Assembly (NCBI RefSeq): GCF_032191835.1
Contig: NC_083230.1
Location: 76,074,001 to 76,138,000 of the forward strand
Direction of reading: 5' to 3'
DNA: 64,000 nt
Origin: Heteronotia binoei
Taxonomy: Eukaryota
Shown in pieces: positions 50,316-59,549 of the stretch (its first letter is position 1; every line of letters starts with the position of its first letter). Position numbers and translations under genes: made by a program. The notes beneath the pieces were generated by a model. That model saw only the letters and a list, made by a program, of their open reading frames with translations, did no database searches and was not told where the DNA came from.

Positions 50316-51709
50316 GAGCAAGTATTTTCAACATCACAGACTTAATCTGAGTTAGTAGTCATTCCGTTACTGCACAGCATCATGGGAAATATAGTGTTGT
50401 AAGAGGGCAGAGGCTTAGCTTATGCAAACTCATGACATATATAATAAGAAAGTCTTCCCAAAGCAAGTGAAATAGGCCTAAGATTGATAGAAACTAGTGA
50501 TTCTCAGGTTTACCTACTCAGTTTGAACTGCAGTGTTTTAAATAGTTTCTTCTGTACCATGGTACCTGCTTGGTGTAAAGACTGCCTGACTATTCTATTT
50601 GGTGACATCTTTCTTAGGCATGTATCTACTGAATCACTTTCTCCTCTTAGTGTCCCTCCCATGTCTCACTATCTGGGAAACTGAAGCCAGGTGCCAGACT
50701 AACAATCAGATTAGAAAGTTTCTGGCAGATTCAGAGCATTTACTATATTTACAAACAGGACCTGGCTTGAGTCAGATCTTGATTAGAAAATTCTGACTGC
50801 TTATCCCTAGTAAACAGTTTTTAAAAGCTTTGCATGATAAAACCTAATATGCAAAATAGGGCACACTTTTGAAATGAATATTTTATTCATAGTAGTACTG
50901 AGCCCTTCCCAGGGGACTGCAAAGTATCTATTATAGTTTGTTGTCAGTTGTTTCAACACTGTCCCCAAGTTTGTACCTATTGTAAACTATTCCTAATGAT
51001 GTGCATCACCTTCTGAGGGAGTCTTAGCCAAGTCTTTTTGTTTCTTTTTATAACTTCCATGTCAGCTGAGCCCAGACCAGAAGAGACTCAGTCTTCCAGA
51101 CTACTGGCAAGTGGAGAGCAAGTGGAGACCTCTGGTAACCAACCCATTATATCCTAATGAACATGAGAAAATACCACGTGTGTAGTCCTCTTGATAAATA
51201 AACATAATAGTGAAATTATGGGAACTTCATTCACACATCTCCCAAGTTCAGTTAGGCCCAAAGAGTATAGTTGGAGACCATTACATTTTTATTATCCACT
51301 TTACTCAGGAACATATGAAACATATGAAATTGGATAATATTGAGTCAAAACATTAGTCTCTCTAGCCTGACACTCTCTTTGCTGACAGACAGCAGCTCCC
51401 CCATCTCAAGTTAGCGAACAACTTTCTCAATCAGCCCTGTTACATGAGGCCCTTCAACTGAGTGTGCTAGAGGTTCTGAACCTGGAATTCTTTGCCCTTG
51501 AAGCATGTGGTCTGTCCCTAACATGGCCTCACTCCTTTAAAGATCAAAGTCAGAGTCTACCACCAGTGTATCTGCAATGTATTGCTAATTATACATTCAA
51601 ATAATTAATTCAGATCTACTGTGTGAGCTTTCTTTGTAGTGTGAATATGCTTTAGTTTTTGGTGGCTTAAACACAAAGGGAGTGTTTGTGTGTGTGTTGT
51701 TTTTCATAG

Positions 51710-51995
51710 AACCCAATGTTGCTCTTGAAGGAAAGGCATTCCAGTCCAGCACCTACAACTCACTTGGAGAGGCAGAGAATGCTGCGGATGGATCTTCCTC
51801 TGCTAACTATATGAATGGGCACTGCACCCATACACAGCTTGAAATTAATCCCTGGTGGACAGTGGACTTGGGAGCAAAGTTCCGAGTGCACAAAGTCAGT
51901 GTCCTCAACCGAGAGGACTGCTGTGCAGATCGGATCAATGGGGCGGAAATCCTAATTGGGAACTCACCAGAAAAAGGAGGAATTACGAACCCTAG
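51710..51995 (+). CDS. Lectin gene 2, FTLD2 exon A
   Basis: 286 bp; PNVALEGKAFQSST...AADG...CTHT...PWWTVDL...NREDCCADR; motif intact; donor AG|GTACTG. Confidence 0.93.
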
Positions 51996-52204
51996 GTACT
52001 GCAACAACATAATTTTTGGAGGTGGGGGGGGTGTCATAGGGTGACTGTACAGAACAAGGGAAATAAAATGAAGCAGCAAGATTCCTAACAGTTTAATGTG
52101 TGACATTTTTCAAATTAATAATTTGCCATGGTCTGAGAAGAAGAAAAAAATCTTTCCTTTTGTGCTTCATAACTAATACTAATAGGATTTTGTTTCTGTT
52201 CAAG

Positions 52205-52356
52205 GTGTGCTACAATCAACTCTCTGGGTCCAGGAGAAACAGCCATTTTTGACTGCAGAGAAGCCCAGGGGCAGTATGTAACTGTTACTATCCCAGGCAT
52301 ACAATATCTTACACTCTGTGAAGTCCAAGTGTTTGGTGTGAAGCAAAATACCTCTG
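52205..52356 (+). CDS. Lectin gene 2, FTLD2 exon B
   Basis: R|CATINSLGPGETAIFDCREAQGQYVTVTIPG...LTLCEVQVFG; donor G|GTGAGT, phase 1; 152 bp. Confidence 0.92.
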
Positions 52357-52929
52357 GTGAGTAAAAGATTTCCCAGTCATCTAATGTTGCGTGCATAGTT
52401 AGCTTTTGCTGGAATGCCTTGCCAGAAGTTTTTGTAATCTATAGGTATCGTTTCTTCTCTGGCACAGATTGTTTTAATTTAATACGTTTGCCCCCCAAGG
52501 TCGGAATAAAGAGTCAGACACAATGCATTGGAATAAAATTGGGCCACTTTATTAACTAACAGCATAAACAGCAAGGGTACCCCACCAGCGGCCTGGTCAG
52601 GGCTAGGGGTCACCGCGACCGCTCCCCTGCCATTAACGGGCAAGAGACCCAGCCCCCCAGCCAGAGCTGAGCAACTCAGCTCCCTCCAGGCAGGCCCAGC
52701 AAGGAGGCACGCACCAGAGGGCCCCAAACCCAGACGCACGTCTCGCCAGAAAGGCACCCTCTAGCCGAGCCTCCTGGACAGTCTGCAATCTCCAAACCCG
52801 GGTCTCCAAACCCCAGGTTGTTCATGCCAGACCCCAAATTCCCCAAAAGGGGGATGCTTCGCAGTCCTCCCCTAGCCGCATAGTGTCCTAAACCCCAAAA
52901 ACCTGCCACTACTAAGGCCAAGTCTCTAC

Positions 52930-53535
52930 TTAGGGCTTAGCGCCCACCGGGAGGCCCAAGGCCACCCGCAACCCTTGCTGCAAATCTCTCAGAAAAAGCA
53001 TATTACCCTTTTCCGAGATATGGACCCCATCCCCTCTGTAGAGGCCAGGACATTTACCAAAATATCCGGATGGGGCAAATAGTGGCCCAACGCCCTTTCT
53101 AGCAGTTTTTTAAGTTCCTTGTTGGCCTTGTATCTAGCCCTTTCTATAACTGCGGGGTCCAAAGCACAACGCCATACCAGGCGGGGCAGCATGGCTGACC
53201 ACACTACGATGGTCCCCGGCCATCGCTCCCAATGTGCTGGAAATCATCACGGGCTTGCCATACCAAGGCCTTGCCCTTCAACAACCCCAGATCATTACCT
53301 CCCAGGTGAACAATTAAGATCTGAGGAGGAGGACCCGCTCTATGATTGAACCAAAATGGTAGCAAGCCCGGCCACTGAAGGCCCCGGAGCCCCTGCCATT
53401 TGATAACGGCATGCTGGCTGAGTCCCAGCTGAGAGCCGACCGCAGTTCTCCGTCCCTGAAGAGCGGCCCAAAACACGTGTCTATGGCCGCAGATGAGAAC
53501 TCGGCTCCGGCTCCTCTGGCCAGGAACAGCAGCAT
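52930..53535 (-). pseudogene. SGNH-hydrolase-like ORF of the Ngaro element (frameshifted)
   Basis: Block I VLICGH(R for S)HVFWA, block III IVHLGGND, block V YRGDGVH, stop at 52930-52932. Confidence 0.85.
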
Positions 53536-53589
53536 CTAAAGAGAAAAAACAGTTAACACAAACAGAACCAATAGCATTCCAACAACCAA

Positions 53590-54267
53590 AGTTACTCACG
53601 GCCTGCGAAAAGGTCGTACATAGCCTTATAGGTCGATGAATGCCACCGATCCAGCCTCCGAATAGAAGTAGCAGGATACCCCATGTCCACTGCTGTAGAG
53701 GCCGCCCCAGTCCAAAGGAGTGGGTCCCAAAACTGCACCCCTGACAACCCCAGCTCACAAAAAGCCCGAGCCGTCACCACTCAAGACTGGTGTCTCGTCA
53801 ACAGCTCGCTCACCCTAAGAGCCCCCAAAGAAGGCTAACAAGGACGCAGCATGGAACAAACATGCTTCAAAGGCGAAGCACACACGTCCAAGAACCTCAT
53901 CAAAACACGTAGAATCGGAGGAGAAAGGGGACTCCACGTATCAACCCTGGGACCGGCCTTTCTAGACCACCCCTCCCACATCTTTTGCAGACCAAAGTCC
54001 GCCGTGTCTTCCCTATAACCCTAGTGCCTTGCTGGCAAAAGCCAACGCAGACAGGCGCCCCCTAATGGATTGCACTGCCAACCCCTTACCTCTCAGCAAA
54101 ACACAGTAATGGAGTAATTCCTCCACCGTAAGGGGCCACACCCTGCGGTACCCTACCTCAGCCCTAAAGTCTTCAAACTGCCGCACAGCCCATTCGAAAG
54201 ACTTCCGTGTGCTAGGCGCAATGGCTAGACCTATCGCTCTGCAGGCCTCGGCTCTCCAATCAGCCAT
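53590..54267 (-). pseudogene. Ngaro tyrosine recombinase, internally deleted
   Basis: IAPSTRKSF, ALRVSEL, GTHSF, GAAST, RW.SSTYK. Confidence 0.85.
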
Positions 54268-54269
54268 AG

Positions 54270-55050
54270 CTCCTGGGGCATTGGCACTGGTCTGCCTCTG
54301 GGGCCAGCTGATGAAATCTCTCCATCTGTTGCTACCCCATTACTAACCCCAGGAACATGCTTGGCTAAAAACAGAATATTAAGCCACAAACAACGCAGAG
54401 TGAAGGCCCTCACCAATCTCATAACCTACCCAGATTTGGATGAGAGGGAATTAATGACGTGGACCACTGCCATATTATCACACCAAAATGAACGGTGTGA
54501 TTGGCCATATCCTTCCCCCACAGCCAAACTGCAACTAAGATGGGAAAGAACTCGAGAAACGTGAGATCCCGGTTCACCCCCACCCTTGCCCACAAATCAG
54601 GCCAGCTAGCCGCGCACCAATGTCCACGGAGCTCAGCCTCAATTCCTCCCCCCAAAAGGAGACTCCATTAAAAGACTCCAAAAATTCCTGCCAAACCCTC
54701 GAATCATCCCTCATGCTGCAAGTAACCCTAGCCCTATGCTGAGGCAAGCTTAATCCTGCCAAAGCATCACAAAGCCTCCTAAGAAAAGCCCTTCCGGGAA
54801 CGACCACTTTAATCCTTCCCTCAGCCAGCCCCTTGGCCATCTTATCCCTCACAACCTATTCCAAACCCCAAACAAACTTAAAGGTTACCTGATGTAAATG
54901 GAACTCAAGGACCCTGGAAAGGGATCTGAAACCAACTTTAAAACCCTCTAACAAATACCAACTATCAAGCCTTCGAGGGTACCTTGCCAGCCGCTGCTCA
55001 AGAGGTCCCACCCATATCGGGCTGGGTCCCTTTCTTAGCCGGAAAGGCTC
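54270..55050 (-). pseudogene. Ngaro pol remnant (RT N-terminus fused to RT end/RNase H; RT core missing)
   Basis: YLLEGFKVGFR, VRDKMAKGLAEGRI joined directly to VVVPGRAFLRRL, then FLEFFPILVAVWLW. Confidence 0.8.
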
Positions 55051-55059
55051 CTCCACCTC

Positions 55060-55980
55060 CTCCAGGCTACTTTGCACTCCTACGCCCCCGAGCTTTAGGA
55101 CAGTCATCAAAAGAGTGGGATCCCCTACACATGGGCATTCGTGCTTAAGCTGGCATGCTTTCCTATTACATACCCCAGGGGCTCCTAATTCCCAACAGAG
55201 CAAGCGGGGACATCATCTGCAGCCAAAGCTGCTGATGGATCCGATCCCATTGAAAAGACGGATACAGTCCACCTATTCCCCCTTTAAAGTTTCTCGCTGG
55301 TGGCAGAAAGCAGACGATCCCCAAGCGGTAAAGCAACCTCCCCAAAGGGCAAGGCTGCAAAAGGCACCATCGCATAAGGAGAAGGTGCCCCCTAACTGGT
55401 CCCGCCAAGTTCATATGCCCTCCGCCTGATCCCCGACAAGGTATGCATACCTGTCCATGCCCAATTTAGCGGTACACCCCGGAAGAAGCAGGCACCACCG
55501 TATTCACTCCTGAAGCACTCTGCCCAGCTGCCAAAGCAGGCCCCCATACACACCATGGCCAAACCTGCCCTGGCCCCACCTGTAAGTTATCACAACACCT
55601 ACTTCCAAGGCCAGCAGGAACCACTGGCAAACAAACACCGGACGTCCCAGCTGTATCCACCGCACCAGCATCAGGACCACTGAGACCGGCATCCCTGCCA
55701 GGCATGACTCTACCATACCTGTCCTCAAGAATAGACAGCCTGGTGAGAATGTTAACTTGCCTTGCCTTCCTGGATTGCCTCATCCCTTCCCCCCCACTTG
55801 GAGAAGGGACACCTGACACTTGCTCAAGCACCCTCAGCCTGTGCAGTATACTAGGTTCTACTGCTGCTCCATCCTCATCCCCCGATGATGACGGGGATGG
55901 TGGCCTCCTAGCAGGCACTCTAGACGGTATGGGTGCAGGCTTCTGCCATTAGGCTTGCCTGCGCCCATACCCCCAGCCAT
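55060..55980 (-). pseudogene. Ngaro gag-like ORF1 with C-terminal CCCH-like finger, frameshifted
   Basis: PARRPPSPSSSGDEDG..., PYAMVPF..LPLG, CWELGAPGVCNRKACQLKHEC. Confidence 0.7.
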
Positions 55981-56024
55981 ATTGCCACAGAATTGTCTGA
56001 GCAAACAATCACCTCCGAAATAAA

Positions 56025-56222
56025 ACATATGAACATATGACGCTGCCTTATACTGAATAAGACCCTCGGTATGCCAAAGACATCTCCTCCGACCTGCAGT
56101 GGCTCTCCAGGGTCTCAAGCTAAGTTTTTAACACCTATTTGCCTGGACCCTTTAAGTAGGAGATGCCGGGGATTGAACCTGGGACCTTCTGCTTACCAAG
56201 CAGATGCTCTACCACTGAGCAA
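56025..56222 (-). mobile_element. Squam3-like SINE within the Ngaro 5' region
   Basis: GCTCAGTGGTAGAGCATCTGC (A box), GGTTCAATCCC (B box), GAGACCCTGGAGAGCC body, TTCATATG tail. Confidence 0.8.
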
Positions 56223-56242
56223 CCCTTCCTCCCCAAGATGGA

Positions 56243-56362
56243 GAGCTGAGTCAGCCTGGAGCCGGCTACCTAAACCCAGCTTCCGCCAGGATCGAACTCA
56301 GGTCGTGTGCAGAGGGCTCCGACCGCAGTACTACAACTTTACCACTCTGCGCCACGGGGCTC
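56243..56362 (-). mobile_element. Sauria-SINE-like tRNA-derived head within the Ngaro 5' region
   Basis: GAGCCCCGTGGCGCAGAGTGGTAA (A box), GAGTTCGATCC (B box), GGTAGCCGGCTC..GACTCAGC. Confidence 0.7.
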
Positions 56363-56572
56363 TAATCCAGTCCTAAAATGGCCACCGCACCCTACAAGAA
56401 ATGAGACTTAAGATGGCCGCTCCACTCTCTCACCAAGTAAGCAAAATGGCTGCACTCCTTTCCCCACGGAAGACACACAAAATGGCTGCCACTAGCCTCT
56501 TAAATGCCCTATCTCACTCCAAGAAAGGGCATAAAATGGCCACCTAGCAACAGTACTAAAATGGCCACCAAA

Positions 56573-57047
56573 TAGGCTTCCCAATCCCCAGGTCCCAGCA
56601 GGGGATCCCCTGGTTTTACAGGCTTCCCCCCTCCCCCAGCCAGCTGGCCGGCGGGGGAAGCTCCACCCCCACAGTCATTATGCACCTCCAGGAACGATTC
56701 TCATAGGGAATGATGGGGAATTGATCTGCGGGTGTCAGGGGCTCTGGGGGGGCTGTTTTTTGAGGTAGAGGTGCCAAATTTTCTGTATAGCATCTAGTGC
56801 CTCTCCCCAAAATACCTCCCAAGTTTCAAAAGGATTGGACCAGGGGGTCCAATTCTATGAGCCCCAAAAGAAGGTGCCCCTATCCTTCATTATTTTCTAT
56901 GGAAGGAAGGCATTCTAAAAGGTGTGCTGTCCCTTTAAATGCAATGGCCAGAACTCCCTTGGAGTTCAATTATGCTTGTCACACCCTTGCTCCTGGCTCC
57001 ACCCCCAAAGTCCCCAGATATTTCTTGAATTGGACTTGGCAACCCTA
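56573..57047 (-). mobile_element. hAT element nested in the Ngaro 5' region
   Basis: Same family as 36062; perfect TSD ccaccaaa. Confidence 0.9.
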
Positions 57048-57251
57048 CCACCAAAGGTCCCCTCCAACCTGCCAAGGCAAACTACTCCCTTAAAAAACTG
57101 GGGTGGGGGGGAGGCAGACCATAGCCTCCCTAGCAACAGTACTATCTTCTCCCTAGCAACAGTACTAAATGGCCACCAAAGGTCCCCTCCAACCCGCCAA
57201 AGCAAACTACTCCCTTAAAAAACTGGGGGGGGGGAGGCAGACCATAGCCTC
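57048..57251. repeat. Tandem duplication of about 125 bp in the Ngaro 5' region
   Basis: GGTCCCCTCCAACC..CAAACTACTCCCTTAAAAAACTGGGG..GAGGCAGACCATAGCCTC occurs twice; the first unit is split by the MITE. Confidence 0.85.
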
Positions 57252-58042
57252 AAAATGACCACTTCAGGATCGCAGGCTAAGGTCTTTCATGCCTAACTGC
57301 CTGCACCCCTTATAGTTGGAGATGCTAGATATGACCACTGAGCCCCTGTCCCTCCTGGCCGTCAGGATAGCAGGCTGAGGTTTTTCACGCCTATCTGCCT
57401 GCACCCTTTATAGCTGGAGATTGACCACAGAGCCCACATCCCTCCAGGCTGTCCTCTTCCCAAAAAATAAAAAGGGGGGGGGGAGGCAGACCACCCGACC
57501 TCTCAAGAACCCCCCCCCCCCGTTCAGAGACCCTTGTAGCCAGACAGCTCACTCAAACACCAATGACCCCCTCACAGAAAGGCTGACCACCCCCAGCCCA
57601 ACGCAGCTCAAACTCCTGGAGACTCAGCCAGACGCCGCTGCCAAAACGCCGCCTAAGACGATCCTCAGCCAAAGGAATGGCCGCCGATGCAGCGACAGGC
57701 TCCCGACCGTCCGATAGGAAGAACCTGCAACGAAGCTTCCCCAAAGCTGCTGTAACGAAGCTGTTACATGCAATAACTGACCACATCCGATCAACGACGG
57801 AGAGAACTGAGGGGAACGTGGAGGCTAGCCGTTAAAGCGGCTAGCCCCGCCCCTCACATTGCGCGCCCAAACGGGCGACTTCTGACTTCTCCCTCCCAGG
57901 GAGGCAAACAGCGCAGAAGCAGCCTAGCAGCTACGCTGCAGGCTGCAAGCTTCTGATTCTCTATAGTTTAGATATTTATCATTACAATATGTATCATTAC
58001 CTCACCATGGCATTTGATCTATATTTATTCCTTGGTTTATAG

Positions 58043-58099
58043 GAGATCTGAAGATTGCTAATAGGACAGAGACCTCACTTTGTTTTCAAGATTGCACAA
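58043..58099 (+). CDS. Candidate linker exon of lectin gene 2
   Basis: TTTATAG acceptor, phase 1-1, GDLKIANRTETSLCFQDCT; weak donor GTAACC; faint similarity to the gene 1 linker (RDSETDL). Confidence 0.35.
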
Positions 58100-59549
58100 G
58101 TAACCCAGGGTGGAAGGGCAAACATTCTACGCCATTGGGGGGACCTGCAAGTGGCAGTCATTTTATGTTACAAATAAAGTACTTCTTTTAGCGAAAGCGT
58201 TGCTTTGAGAATCAAAAGTGAAAGACAAATAATAGGAATACATTTGTATTCTTTATTCACAAAATGAATATGGAGGCTTATTCACACTGTTGTGCTTACC
58301 TAGTTATCTAAACATCCAGATTCTCTATTTTAATATATTAGAGGATTGTGCTGGCCAAGACAATGCTTTGGCCTCTGTCTGTGTCATACAGTTAATAGAG
58401 TGACTTTGCCCTTAGATAGCAATAGCTATTTCTTGGTTTATATTATCCAACTTTGTTACCAGATGGTCATAATACAAGCCACCAATGCATTGGGCATAAA
58501 TTCTAAGGATCTGATGCAAGAAAAGCTTTCAGATTATTCAGGCACATCATGTGTGGAAATGTGAAGGGCTGTACAGTGTTCTGTTGCATCACTGATGACC
58601 CCTACTCTCTCTTCTCCCTCCCTTCTCAAAGGAGGAGGGGAGGAGTCCTTAGCCAATGGAGGGGAGGCTTAGCTTTGTATCTCTCCTGCAGGTCTTTTGC
58701 AACCTCAAGAAATAATGAGAAAGGCTGGGTTGCAATTTACACAGGGCAGAACCTGTGGACTCCCTCCCCCCTTTTTCCTACTGAGGAATCACCCTAGAAA
58801 ACAAATTTGAGAGCTGGAAAGTGCATTATGTTCCGTTCACTGGCTATTAAACCCTGAACCAACAATCTTCAGCTGCCCATCCCAGGAGGCAAAGACAACG
58901 ATGGGCACCTTGGCAGCTGATTGGAGGGGCCAATCAGGTAGAACAGGGGTTTGATTGTGGGGGCCTGGAACCCCGCCCCCCCGCTACAGGCCTGCTGGTG
59001 AATGGAATCCGTGGGTATCACCAGAGAGGACAATAGTGCAAGCCATGCTGTGCCAAACAGGTATAAATAATGTAGAAAGGGATGTCAGCTGATGGGAAGG
59101 TAGTTCTGAGCCCTTCCCCTGCCCACACCACTGCCTCCAAACTTGCGTTTCCCTTTCTCTTGGTGCAGCTGACTTCCTATCTGATGTAGGTTTACCTGTG
59201 CTCTTGGAGTCTGGCTGGGAGAAAAGCAATTGGAGGAATGGAGTTTTGATGGAAAAAGCATGAGCAGTGGCAACATTTAGTATCCTTCTCCCACCTGTCC
59301 TTCTACATGAAGCAGTTCTTATGTCCATTGGACAGCAAGCCATATTCTGCTGCTGTCACACCTAGTTGAACAATGCAGTCCTAAACAGGATGATTTCAGT
59401 AAATCCATGGACTTCAAAGGGTGTGGCTCTGCTCAGAACTTCACCTGGAAGAAGTGGTAAAGATTGGGATGGGCATGTTTTCCATACAATGATGACGAGG
59501 GTGGCTGCAATGTGGTCATGAGTCTACAACCCAAAACTCCCATTGCTTC

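Larger units (their letters stand above)
52486..57909 (-). mobile_element. Ngaro-type tyrosine-recombinase retroelement with SGNH hydrolase ORF (internally deleted, intronic, antisense to host)
   Basis: Order gag(CCCH)-RT/RNaseH-YR-SGNH on the minus strand; 11-bp inverted termini GTTTGCCYCCC. Confidence 0.85.

Noticed and set aside
56155-56362. tRNA genes
   Set aside because: A and B boxes are present but there is no cloverleaf with acceptor stem, and SINE bodies follow. These are SINE heads, as at 45237 and 48067.
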